Origin: Octopus bimaculoides
Taxonomy: Eukaryota
NCBI RefSeq assembly: GCF_001194135.2
Contig: NC_068994.1
Span: 4,568,993 to 4,632,992 of the forward strand
Direction of reading: 5' to 3'
Length of the DNA stretch: 64,000 nt
A model generated the notes under the pieces. The model searched no databases and was not told the DNA's origin. It saw only the letters and a list, made by a program, of their open reading frames with translations. Made by a program: the position numbers and the translations under genes. How positions within the stretch are numbered: the stretch's first letter is position 1; each line of letters starts with the position of its first letter. Positions 47,571-59,629 of the stretch are shown piece after piece.

Positions 47571-47750
47571 CTTTTATCTTTTACTTATCTCAGTCATTAG
47601 ACTGTGGCCATGCTGGAGCACTGCCTCAAAGGGTTTTCGTCAAACAAATCAACCCCAGGACTTCTTTAAGCCAGATGCATATTCTATCGGTTTCTTTCGC
47701 TGAACCACTAAGTTACGGAGACATAAACACACCAACACCAGTTGTCAAGT
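47571..47750 (-). mobile_element. SINE family B, 3' half (inverted partner of 47334-47556)
   Basis: Reverse complement of the same segment, about 15 bp away. Confidence 0.8.
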
Positions 47751-48921
47751 GGTGACGTTTGGGCCAAACACATGATATATATATGTATGTATGTATATAT
47801 ATATATACATATATATATATGACAGACTCTTTCAATGTCCATTGGGAATTGAAACTTGATGCAATACTTCCACCATTTCTGTTGAAAACACCACTAGCAC
47901 AACACCACTCCAAACACCATCTCTGCTAAAACCACCACCACCAACAACAACAACAACATTGCTATCAATAATACTACTACCAACACCAGCATCACCATCA
48001 GCTACATCTCAGGTAACACCAACACAACTAACACCATTTTTGTTAAAAACCACCACCGCCACCACCACCACCACTGCCACCAACATCACCACCTCAGGTA
48101 ACAACACCAACACAATAATATCCAACACTGACTTGCACTACCACAACCACCTCCACGCAGTAAAGAAAGAAAGCTGTCTCCAGAACCACTACCACCACCA
48201 TCACTACCAAATATCTCACAACATTCACTGCTACCACCACCACCACCACCGCCACCCACCCACCCACAATTCCCCAACACACAACCATCATACAACAAGC
48301 TCCACTATCACCACCACCNNNNNNNNNNNNNNNNNNNNNNNNNNNNNNNNNNNNNNNNNNNNNNNNNNNNNNNNNNNNNNNNNNNNNNNNNNNNNNNNNN
48401 NNNNNNNNNNNNNNNNNNNNNNNNNNNNNNNNNNNNNNNNNNNNNNNNNNNNNNNNNNNNNNNNNNNNNNNNNNNNNNNNNNNNNNNNNNNNNNNNNNNN
48501 NNNNNNNNNNNNNNNNNNNNNNNNNNNNNNNNNNNNNNNNNNNNNNNNNNNNNNNNNNNNNNNNNNNNNNNNNNNNNNNNNNNNNNNNNNNNNNNNNNNN
48601 NNNNNNNNNNNNNNNNNNNNNNNNNNNNNNNNNNNNNNNNNNNNNNNNNNNNNNNNNNNNNNNNNNNNNNNNNNNNNNNNNNNNNNNNNNNNNNNNNNNN
48701 NNNNNNNNNNNNNNNNNNNNNNNNNNNNNNNNNNNNNNNNNNNNNNNNNNNNNNNNNNNNNNNNNNNNNNNNNNNNNNNNNNNNNNNNNNNNNNNNNNNN
48801 NNNNNNNNNNNNNNNNNNNNNNNNNNNNNNNNNNNNNNNNNNNNNNNNNNNNNNNNNNNNNNNNNNNNNNNNNNNNNNNNNNNNNNNNNNNNNNNNNNNN
48901 NNNNNNNNNNNNNNNNNNNNN

Positions 48922-48923
48922 AG

Positions 48924-48955
<32 letters not shown>

Positions 48956-48987
48956 GTAGATAGATAGATAGATAGATAGATAGATTG

Positions 48988-49038
<51 letters not shown>

Positions 49039-49194
49039 TAGACAGACAGGCAGATAGATAGATAGATAGATAGACATAGATAGATAGAGAGAGAGATAGA
49101 TAGACATAGATAGATAGAGAGAGAGAGAGGGATGGATAGACATAGATAGATAGATAGATAGATAGATAGGCAGATAGATAGATAGAGAGATAGG

Positions 49195-49232
<38 letters not shown>
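48922..49232. repeat. Compound (GA)n/(GATA)n/(TA)n microsatellite
   Basis: Direct reading. Confidence 0.95.
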
Positions 49233-49233
<1 letters not shown>

Positions 49234-49342
49234 TAAAAAAAAAAAAGATTAGCCAAATATATAGACATATAGGTAGTGAAATAGATAAAAAGATAGTTAA
49301 ATAGACAGAAAGATAAAAAGTTAAATATGTAGGAAGAAAATG

Positions 49343-49540
49343 GAGAGGGAAAGAGTAAGAGGGAAAGAGTAAAAGGGAAAGAGTAAAAGGGAAAGAGTAA
49401 GAGGGAAAGAGTAAGAGGGGAAGAGTAAGAGGGAAAGAGTAAGAGGGGAAGAGTAAGAGGGGAAGAGTAAGNNNNNNNNNNAGTAAGAGGGAAAGAGTAA
49501 GAGGGGAAGAGTAAGAGGGAAAGAGTAAGAGGGGAAGAGA
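49343..49540. repeat. 14-bp minisatellite (GGGAAAGAGTAAGA)n
   Basis: About 13 units with a 10-N gap inside. Confidence 0.9.
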
Positions 49541-49630
49541 TGGCCAGCCAAGCAGAGAAAGAAAGAATCATACAAAGACAAATCGACAGGCAACAAAGAA
49601 ACTACGCAAATATATAAAACATTATTAAGG

Positions 49631-49669
<39 letters not shown>

Positions 49670-50714
49670 TTGACAAAATATATCTATCATATAAGAAGAT
49701 ATATATATATATATATATATATATNNNNNNNNNNNNNNNNNNNNNNNNNNNNNNNNNNNNNNNNNNNNNNNNNNNNNNNNNNNNNNNNNNNNNNNNNNNN
49801 NNNNNNNNNNNNNNNNNNNNNNNNNNNNNNNNNNNNNNNNNNNNNNNNNNNNNNNNNNNNNNNNNNNNNNNNNNNNNNNNNNNNNNNNNNNNNNNNNNNN
49901 NNNNNNNNNNNNNNNNNNNNNNNNNNNNNNNNNNNNNNNNNNNNNNNNNNNNNNNNNNNNNNNNNNNNNNNNNNNNNNNNNNNNNNNNNNNNNNNNNNNN
50001 NNNNNNNNNNNNNNNNNNNNNNNNNNNNNNNNNNNNNNNNNNNNNNNNNNNNNNNNNNNNNNNNNNNNNNNNNNNNNNNNNNNNNNNNNNNNNNNNNNNN
50101 NNNNNNNNNNNNNNNNNNNNNNNNNNNNNNNNNNNNNNNNNNNNNNNNNNNNNNNNNNNNNNNNNNNNNNNNNNNNNNNNNNNNNNNNNNNNNNNNNNNN
50201 NNNNNNNNNNNNNNNNNNNNNNNNNNNNNNNNNNNNNNNNNNNNNNNNNNNNNNNNNNNNNNNNNNNNNNNNNNNNNNNNNNNNNNNNNNNNNNNNNNNN
50301 NNNNNNNNNNNNNNNNNNNNNNNNNNNNNNNNNNNNNNNNNNNNNNNNNNNNNNNNNNNNNNNNNNNNNNNGTGTGTGTGTGTGTGTGTGTGTATATGAA
50401 TGAGTGAGTGTATATGTTCTTACATATATACTTTATATTCAAAACAAATTTACAGAGGGAGAAAAAAATGCGGATTTTCAATCTGAAAAATAATATTTTC
50501 CCTATTGAAGGAATAAATTTCTTTAGAGGTGAAATAAAGATATTTTAATTTGGTTTATCTGGAATTGTTTGGTTCTTTTCTTTTTGTGTGTGTGTGTATG
50601 TGTGTGGAGTTGGAGTGTTCTGAAAGAAAGAGGCACCACACAGCTATATAGACATGGTATATATATGTTGCTTGTGTAGATATATTGTGTGAAAAATATC
50701 TGCATTTTCACATT

Positions 50715-50975
50715 AATATCATCGTCGTCATTTCACATCCTTTTTTTTTCCCCATGCTGGCATGGGTTGGAAGGTTTGTCAAGAACAGACGAGCCAGGGG
50801 GCTCTGCTAGATTCTATGTCTGATTTGCCATGGTTTCAACAGATATCACCATCATCGTTTAACGTCCGCTTTCCATGCTGTCATGGGTCGGACGGTTTTA
50901 CAGGAGCTGACCAGGCAGAGGACTACACCAGACTTCTGTGTCTTTTTTGGCACAGTTTTTACGGTTGGATGCCCA
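50715..50975 (-). mobile_element. Two RTE-type 3' end fragments
   Basis: CCATGCTGGCATGGGTTGG and CATCGTTTAACGTCCGCTTTCCATGC termini. Confidence 0.65.
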
Positions 50976-50989
50976 ACAAACAAACACAC

Positions 50990-51130
50990 ACATGACAGGC
51001 TTTTTTCAGTTTCCATCTACAAGGCTTTGGTCGGCCTGGGGCTATAGAAGACACTTGCCCAAAGTGTGATGCATGGAACCATGTGGTTGGAAAGCAAACT
51101 TCTCACCATGGAGCCATGACTGCACCTACA
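50990..51130 (-). mobile_element. SINE family B head fragment
   Basis: GAAGACACTTGCCCAA...AACCATGTGGTTGG. Confidence 0.7.
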
Positions 51131-51284
51131 TGACTCTCTCTCATTCATTTTACATGTTTTTCTTTTCCACACCAACATGGGTTAGATGAATACTCGTTGT
51201 TTTAGTATTTTATAGCTGAATGCCCTTCCTATTATTGCTAAATATCAAAAATCCCTGTTTGCACTTTTGAAATCTGGTTACTTA

Positions 51285-51480
51285 ACCATTTTGATACCAA
51301 TGTCTTGTTTTCATAAGTTTTGAATTAAAATCTTCCACCAAACCTTAGTCACAATTTATGTTCCTAACACTAGCTGAATGATAACAAAGTTATTTTACTA
51401 AATTCTTTGTTATATTCAAAATCAATTGAAAGAAAAACAGAGCATCTCAACAGAAAATATGGTAACCAAAGGGTTCAACA
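51285..51480. mobile_element. Probable piggyBac-like (TTAA-CCC) MITE
   Basis: Degenerate termini TTAACCATTTTGATACC / GGTAACCAAAGGGTT; related AT-rich bodies occur at about 25125-25330 and 30718-30830. Confidence 0.45.
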
Positions 51481-51678
51481 ATTCCACTGTATCTGTTGTA
51501 ACTCAGTGACAAGTTTTCATAAACCCTGCTGTCATTGAGACAACATGTTCAGACCTGATTTCTTCCTATTGAACTTTGTACCTGTGAATCTGCTGTATTG
51601 TTGGTATTTTAGCTTTAGACACGTCTTAACCCTTTTTGTTAACATATTTAGATCACTTTAACCCTTTTGTTACCATAG

Positions 51679-51780
51679 TCGGTGAGCTGGCAGAAACGTC
51701 AGCACGCCGGGCGAAATGCTTAGCGGTATTTCGTCTGTCTTTTCATTCTGAGTTCAAATTCCGCCGAGGTCAACTTCAAT
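51679..51780 (+). mobile_element. SINE family A head inserted among TTAACCCTTT termini
   Basis: CGGTGAGCTGGCAGAAACG...GAGTTCAAATTCCGCCGAGGTCAAC, abruptly truncated. Confidence 0.8.
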
Positions 51781-52010
51781 GCTATTAAACTGGTTTTTGG
51801 AACAGAAATCAACATGGAGATAGGTTTTAATTTGGATCATTTTAACCCTTTTGTTAGCATAATTCTATTAAAATATATTGCCTGCATTTCAATTACTTTG
51901 AATATAACGAGCAAATTAGTAAGATAACTTTATTGTTGTTAAGCTGGTGACTGGAACATCACTGAACATAGAATTTAAATAGAAGGCTTTAATTTAAATC
52001 ACCACCACCA

Positions 52011-52195
52011 CTTGATAACTGGTGTTGTGTGGTTACATCCCTATAACTTAGCAGTCCAGCAATAGAGACCAATAGAATAAGTTCCAGGCTTAAATAAAAA
52101 AAAGTACTGGGATCTTCACATTCAACTGAAAATTCTTCAGTGTAGTGCTCCAGTATGGCCACAGTTTAAGGACTGAAACAAGTGAAAGCTAAAAG
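52011..52195 (+). mobile_element. SINE family B, 3' half
   Basis: Collinear with the family B tail. Confidence 0.75.
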
Positions 52196-52273
52196 GCAAA
52201 GACGCATTCCACCCAAGCAGGCAGGGAAAATGGCTGTTAAATGATAATGATGATGATGATGATGATGACAAAG

Positions 52274-52344
<71 letters not shown>

Positions 52345-52526
52345 CAACAAAGCCATCATTAATGACATTTAAATCAATTCGTTTGTCATTCGTTAAGTAC
52401 ATCTGGCTAATATATTTCAATAATTACTGCATGGACGGTGTAGCAGCTGCCATAATAACTTTAGACAAGGAGTTTTTCTAAGCTGAAACTTCCAACTTCC
52501 TTTGGCTACTTTCAATCTGTCCATTG

Positions 52527-52737
52527 CTTTTATCTTTTACTCGCTGCAACCATTGGACTGTGGCCATGCTGGGGCACTGTCTTGAAGGGTTTCTGGTCAA
52601 AGAAATCAACCCCAGGACTTATTCTTTAAGCCTGATAATCATTCTATCTGTTTCATTTGCTAAGCCACTAAGTTAAAGGGATATAAACAAACCAACACTG
52701 GATGTCAAGCAGGAGTGGGGGACAGACACAAAGACAC
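52527..52737 (-). mobile_element. SINE family B, 3' half
   Basis: Reverse complement of the family B tail. Confidence 0.75.
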
Positions 52738-52859
52738 TTGACTTCTACACACTTTACATCTCTCAAAGATTAAAGCAGAGATGATTTTTAAAATGAGAAT
52801 ATCTGAAAATAAACAATACTAAACACGAACCCAGCCACTCTCAAAAATTAAGTAAAAAA

Positions 52860-53055
52860 ACTAGAAAAATAATCCAGAATCCTTGTCTGGTACTGGATCG
52901 ATCCCAAAATCTGATCAGTTTGTGCCAGTCACGAGGTTAAACATCCCTAAAAGTTTCATTCGAGTCCATCCGGTGGTTCTTGAGATATCTTGTCCATGGA
53001 GAAACAAGTACAACTGAAAACAATCCCTGCACTTTTGCTAAAGGAGAGGTAACAA
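52860..53055. mobile_element. Possible Helitron/Helentron-related non-autonomous remnant
   Basis: Ends in a decayed hairpin-like CCCTGCACTTTTGCTAAAGGAGAGGTAA after AAAGTTTCAT..GAGATATCTTG; the classification is from recall only. Confidence 0.25.
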
Positions 53056-53409
53056 TCACATTACCAAAATCTCAAAGTGACAAGACAATGCTTGATTAGT
53101 TTGAATTAATAAGTATTTCATTTGAACAACGCCTTAGCTAGGAGTGGTTTCTGGTGAGAATACAGAGTATTTTAAGAACACTCCTTTGAAACATTAAGCA
53201 GAGTACAAAAAAAAAGTGTGTAGTTAGAATCAGTCGAAGAACATTGCGTTTAGTGTCAGTGAATGTGCTTACAAAATAAATACCTCCAATGACTCATCCA
53301 CGTGAGCCACAGGCATCATCAACAGCATCAACAGCATCTGATGTGCACCTTTCCATACTTGCATGGCCATGGGAAATATCACCTTGCAAGTAACAAACTC
53401 ACTTGTATA

Positions 53410-53442
<33 letters not shown>

Positions 53443-53541
53443 CACATTTACAACCATCACATGTCAAACAAGAGTGCAAACATACACACATATACATATA
53501 TATACATATATATATATATATACACATACGTGTATATGTCA

Positions 53542-53696
53542 GGGTTCTTTTAGCTTCTGACTATCAAAACACTCGCAAATCTTTGGTTGGCCTGAGGTTT
53601 TAGTAGAAGAGACTTGCCCAAGCTGTCGCACAGTGGGACTGAACACAACACCATATGGTTGGGAAGCATGCTGCTTAACCCTGCAACCATGCCTGT
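53542..53696 (-). mobile_element. SINE family B head
   Basis: GACTTGCCCAAG..CAGTGGGACTGAAC..CCATATGGTTGG. Confidence 0.75.
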
Positions 53697-54907
53697 GGCC
53701 TAAAAGATAATTCTGTCCTTAAAACGAATAAACTCACTGGCTTTGAAGATTCTCTTTTGTTTGACAATCATGTGGTTCTGCTACATTGACAAAAGGAATA
53801 AGGTTTAAACTGAATATTCCAATGTATATAGAATATCAGCTGCCTCAGAAATTAATATTGTCTCCAGTAACAGAGGTACAGGTATATGGATCCATGATAA
53901 ACAAACTAATAATCAATCATTAGAAGAATATTATAGACATGATGAAAACATCAATGAGCTACAGATTTCTAGGGGCAGTCTAACTTAGGAAGAATAGATC
54001 TATTCCTTGGGTTGGTAATTTTGAAGTAGATAAAAAAAACTATTAGAAGGAATATAATCTGGCATAATCCACCCAAGAGAAAAATTGCATTCTGAAGGTT
54101 TTCTTTGAAATATGTAGTAGGATTTGCCACTGGGGCATAGGTACTAGTAATTATTTAGCAAAAACACTGTCAAACTTTCATATTCCACAACTCCAAACTA
54201 AGTAGCTGTTACAGCAGTCACAAATAGAGCGAAATTAAATAGGTAAGATGTTAGTACATAATGTAAGTCCTGTAGCTGACATGGGGCTTACTTGGGTGAT
54301 TTTTATAATTTATTATTATTTATGAATATTTATTCATCATCGTCATCATCATCACAGAGCCACAGATGTGCTGGTAATACTAGGAATAGAAAAATTGATG
54401 GTCCCAGTATCAATCAAACAACAATAATAGATTCAAATTTTCTATCTCATTAGCAGAATACATTTTTAACTTAAAATCAAAAAAGGGGGAAACATTCAAA
54501 CTGCATTGGTCTATTGTTAATTCAGCCTTTCCTTGCCAGGGAAAAGGTCATGAGTGTTGGTCATGTCTACATGAAACTCTTGCAATCCTTGCGACTGATA
54601 CCACAAACTAACAAACGTAACGAACTGCTTATAAAGTGCAGACACCAATTAAAGTAGTTATTCTCAAACTACTTTGCACAGAGTCGATGTTTATTCCTTT
54701 CACCAACCATAGATTAAAAACATGTTCTTATACGTTTTCGATCTGACTATATTTTATATTCAGGAATACTTAGAAGCGTCCAATATTTAATTTAATATAT
54801 TTTTCCATTTATCTGTCTGTAGTTTTCCTCGTGTAATATTTAGCATGTGAGTCATGCCTACTAAGCTGCTGTCAAATATAAACAGAAATATATAAATTTA
54901 TAATATA

Positions 54908-54974
<67 letters not shown>

Positions 54975-55542
54975 NNNNNNNNNNNNNNNNNNNNNNNNNN
55001 NNNNNNNNNNNNNNNNNNNNNNNNNNNNNNNNNNNNNNNNNNNNNNNNNNNNNNNNNNNTATATAGCTTCCTATCTGTTTATTTATATTTATTGAGCTTA
55101 TAATTCTAGCATTCAATTCATGTCACAGTAAAATTCGTCGCCTGCAACATCTACCGACCCTTTCTACCTCTTTGAAAAAAAAAAAAGGTTTTCAATAAAA
55201 AAAAATTTTTTAAAAAAGAATTTTCATGATTTTGCAATATATCGAAATATTTCTAAATTTAACCTTGATTATATATATTTAATCCTCATTTTGATTTTCA
55301 TTCTAACTATTCACATACGTATTAACTTATCTTGATTACAGTCACTGCTTATATTCCGTTTTGCTATTATTCATCTTCCATTGTCCCATACTTTTTAATA
55401 TATAATTAACATCATGTTTTGTATGTATTTATCTGTCGGTATATATTGGATTTTATCATTTATAATCTTCATCATTGCTGTTGTTGTTGCTTGCATCATC
55501 ACATCACTATTATTAGTATTATTGTTATTATTGTTATTATAC

Positions 55543-55630
55543 AGGCGCAAGAGTGGCTGCGTGGTAAGTTGCTTGCTTCTCAACCACGTGTCTTTTACGA
55601 TAGCCTCAGGTCGACCGGGTTGGTCTGGTA
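55543..55630 (+). mobile_element. SINE family B head with an internal deletion
   Basis: GGCGCAAGAGTGGCTGCGTGGTAAG...CAACCAC is joined directly to GTGTCTTTTACGATAGCC; the B-box region is missing. Confidence 0.7.
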
Positions 55631-55680
55631 TAGCAGTACTTCCAGGATTCAGCCCATCTCCCACCCGGGGGATAAAATAA

Positions 55681-55711
<31 letters not shown>

Positions 55712-55714
<3 letters not shown>

Positions 55715-56150
55715 CTCAAGCTGGCAGAATCGGCATCATGCTTAGCGGTATTTCGCCAGTTCCTGCATTCTGAGTTCAAATTCTGCTAGGATCGACTTTG
55801 CCTTCCATCCTTTCGGGGTCGATAAATTAAGTACCAGTGAAATACTGGGGTCGATATAATTGACTAGTCCCCTCCCCTTAAATTTCAGGCCTTGTGCTTT
55901 TAGTAGAAAGGATTATTATTATTATTATTATTTATTTATTTATTGGTTTAAGGTGGAGAGCTGGCAGAATCACTACCACCCTGAGCAAAATGCTTCTGAG
56001 TTCAAATTCTGCCGAGGTTGACCTTTGTCTTTCATCCTTTCAGGGTCACTAAAATAAATACCAGTTGAGTACTGGGGTTAATGTAATCAACTAGACCATC
56101 ATCCCCACCCTCAAAATCTCAAGCCTTCTGCCTATAATAAAATGGATTAT
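55712..56150 (+). mobile_element. Two head-to-tail SINE family A copies linked by (ATT)n
   Basis: Copies at 55712-55915 and 55949-56150. Confidence 0.85.
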
Positions 56151-56409
56151 TGGTCTATTGGTTAAGCATTTAAGCAATTAATTGATTGATTGATTAAGCA
56201 TTCAATTAATCAATCAGTCAGCTGTTTGCCAAAGTCCTTTTGTTGCCATTCACCACCTCATTAATGAGTAGCCCTCTTACATTCTAAAGGTAAACCTGAT
56301 GCTCCCACTACAGACCCGTAATGCCTTTTTTTTTTTAAGTGGTATCAAGGAGAACTGCAGTTAAGGAGGTGATGGGTGGTGATGAGTGTCTTGATGAAGA
56401 AGGAAATTG

Positions 56410-56457
<48 letters not shown>

Positions 56458-56489
56458 CACACACGTATATATACACTGACATCAACTAT

Positions 56490-56757
56490 TCTGCTTATAT
56501 GTCTGTACACACCTTTGAATGCAGTGTATGCCAGAAGATTTGCAAATCCAACAGAGGCCTCAAAAGACATTTTAAGATCCACAAAGAGCAGAACTTATCT
56601 GCAGCTTTTGGTGGTCCAAATCAAATATGCAGTCTATGTGGGTGTCTTTCCAGAACATTGTCTGGTTTAAAAAGCCACATCAGACGCCATGAAAGGGCTA
56701 AGGTGTGGGTACAGGAGATGGTCAAACTCTGTATAAGGAGTAGACGACCACCATACA
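56490..56757 (+). mobile_element. Two C2H2-like fingers, probably the C-terminal end of an RTE-clade LINE ORF2
   Basis: FECSVCQKICKSNRGLKRHFKIH and CSLCGCLSRTLSGLKSHIRRH; the GLxSHxRxH pattern resembles RTE ORF2 C-termini; no real upstream start. Confidence 0.5.
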
Positions 56758-57024
56758 CAGACACAACTCTACCAAGACTCAGTTTCACCAAGGCACGTGA
56801 GTTTTCTCAAAAATGCAAAATAACCAGTTGACCTGGTTCTTTGTCATCACCTCCATAAGACTTGGCATCCTGAGATCAGCCTTCACCACTACATCCCATG
56901 TCTCCCTGGGGTGTCAACTCTTCTGTAAGCTCCACCCACATTTAGTAACCAGCACTTCTTTAAACATCTGTCCTCATCCAAACACATCACAGTCTTCTTT
57001 CTTGCCCACTACATCCGATTCCTC

Positions 57025-57360
57025 TCATCATCATCATCATTTAACGTCCCCTTTCCATGCTGGCATGGGTTGGACAGTTTGACTGAAAACTGGTAAGCTG
57101 CACCAGGTTCCAATCTGATCTGGCAAGGTTTCTACAGCTGGATGCCCTCCCTAATGCCAACCACTCCCAAAGTGCAGTGGGTGCTTTTTACATGCCACCA
57201 ACACAGGGGCCAGTTATGAAACACCAGCATTGGCCACAACTACGATCTCGCTTGGCTTGACAGGTTTTCTTAAGTATGGCGGCCCAAAGTTCAAAGGGTG
57301 CTGATGCCAACCACCTTACAAAGTGTACTGCATGCTTTTTATGTGGCACCAGCAGCAGTG
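57025..57360 (-). mobile_element. RTE-type LINE 3' UTR fragment
   Basis: Collinear with 57968-58323. Confidence 0.75.
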
Positions 57361-57628
57361 GGGTCACCAGGGACAGTGTCAGATGAGAGACCCTTTCCTC
57401 GACTGAGTAGTACTGAGGCAGATGGCTTTGTGCCAGGAGATGAAAAAAGTTATAGTATGAGAGGGGGAGGAGAGAAACAGGTTGCAGTTGAGGATGGATA
57501 CGAGTACCTCAGTTGGACGAAGGGAGAGCAAAGGGGAAAGGAGAACAAAGGGGAAAGGAGAGAAGCAGGTGAAGAAGGTGTCAGCGTGACCCACAAGTTA
57601 TATTTCTGCTGCTTTTAAATAAACTCTG

Positions 57629-57663
<35 letters not shown>

Positions 57664-57967
57664 GTGTATGTATGTATGTATGTGTAAACCTGGACACATT
57701 TTTTTTCTTTCTCTGTTTCTCTCAAAGACATAAACTCAGAATGTCAAAGACTTCTCCATTTTTCATGAGCGTCAAACGAATACACTTTGTTTGTTGTTCC
57801 CTCACCTGTCTTTGTCTTTTGTTTTCCGTACATTTAAATCATACACACACACACACATATGTACACGCATATATACATATATATATATATATAATTGTTA
57901 AAGAGGACAACAAACATTAAGGCAAGATAAACATCTCAAGTCATACACATTATTATTATTAATGGGA

Positions 57968-59530
57968 ATCATCATCATCATCATCATCGTTTAACGTCCG
58001 CTTTCCATGCTAGCATGGGTTGGACGATTTGACTGAGGACTGGTGAACCAGAAGGCTGCACCAGGCTCCAATCTGATTTGGCAGAATTTCTACAGCTGGA
58101 TGCCCTTCCTAATGCCAACCACTCCGAGAGTGTAGTGGGTTCTTTTACATGCCACTGGCACGAAGGCCAGCCAGGCGGTACTGGCAATGGCCACGCTCAA
58201 AATGGTGTATTTTACATGCCACCCGCACAAGAGCCAGTCCAGGAGCACTGGCAACGATCTCGCTCGAAAGTCCTTACACATGCCACGGGCACAAGTGCTA
58301 GAAAGGCGACGCTGGGCACAGGTNNNNNNNNNNNNNNNNNNNNNNNNNNNNNNNNNNNNNNNNNNNNNNNNNNNNNNNNNNNNNNNNNNNNNNNNNNNNN
58401 NNNNNNNNNNNNNNNNNNNNNNNNNNNNNNNNNNNNNNNNNNNNNNNNNNNNNNNNNNNNNNNNNNNNNNNNNNNNNNNNNNNNNNNNNNNNNNNNNNNN
58501 NNNNNNNNNNNNNNNNNNNNNNNNNNNNNNNNNNNNNNNNNNNNNNNNNNNNNNNNNNNNNNNNNNNNNNNNNNNNNNNNNNNNNNNNNNNNNNNNNNNN
58601 NNNNNNNNNNNNNNNNNNNNNNNNNNNNNNNNNNNNNNNNNNNNNNNNNNNNNNNNNNNNNNNNNNNNNNNNNNNNNNNNNNNNNNNNNNNNNNNNNNNN
58701 NNNNNNNNNNNNNNNNNNNNNNNNNNNNNNNNNNNNNNNNNNNNNNNNNNNNNNNNNNNNNNNNNNNNNNNNNNNNNNNNNNNNNNNNNNNNNNNNNNNN
58801 NNNNNNNNNNNNNNNNNNNNACCAGCAGAGGTAAGAGCTCTCTGAACTTTGCCCAGGCTATTCTTATTCTAGCAGCTACACTTTCAGCGCACCCTCCCCC
58901 ACTACTAACTTGGTCACCTAGATAGCGGAAGCTATCAACTACATCTAGTTTTTCTCCCTGGAATGTGGCAGAAGTTGTTTTCTACACATTTACAGTGTTT
59001 ATAGCTCCTGAACATCTGCTACATACAAAAACTAACTTCCTAGTTAACCTTCCTTTGATATTGCTGCACCTCTTATGTGTCCATAGCTTGCACTGGGTGC
59101 ATCTTATAGAGTTTCTACCTACGCCTTTTCTACCTTCCTACTTATTAGGACTTTGGTCTTAGGTAGGTTGATTCTAAGGCACTTTGATTATAGTCTTTGC
59201 TTCCACACCTGAAACTTCTCCTCTAGTTCTGATAGTGACACAGAAATTAGTGCAAGGTCATCAGCATGGAGGGGCTCCCAGGGGCATTCTGTCTTGAATT
59301 CCTCTGTTATAGCCTGGAGGACTATGATAAATAGGAGGGCACTGAGGACAGAACCTTGGTGTACCCCTACCTCTACCCGGAATTCTTCACTGTACTCATT
59401 GCCAACCCTCACCTTACTGACAGTGTCTCTGTACATGGCTTGCACAGNNNNNNNNNNTGCCAACCCTCACCTTACTGACAGTGTCTCTGTACATGGCTTG
59501 CACAGCTCTCACTAACCATTCTTCAATCCC
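57968..59530 (-). mobile_element. 5'-truncated RTE-type LINE (decayed RT, 3' UTR and (GAT)n tail)
   Basis: The minus strand encodes GIEEWLVRAVQAMY, GVHQGSVLSALLF, LHADDL, a Cys/His insert and VDSFRYLGDQVSSG..RIRIAWAKFRELLPLL; gap at 58324-58820; the 3' UTR and tail lie below. Confidence 0.88.
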
Positions 59531-59629
59531 TAGTTTCCTCATTGACCATCAGATAATGGTGTTTACATACCGAAGGGCTTGGTAAAAATTATTAATTATT
59601 AATTTATTAATAAATTGATAATCCTTTAC

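Noticed and set aside
59399-59506. 48-bp direct duplication within the RT fragment
   Set aside because: The exact copies flank a 10-N gap, typical of unmerged overlapping contig ends.
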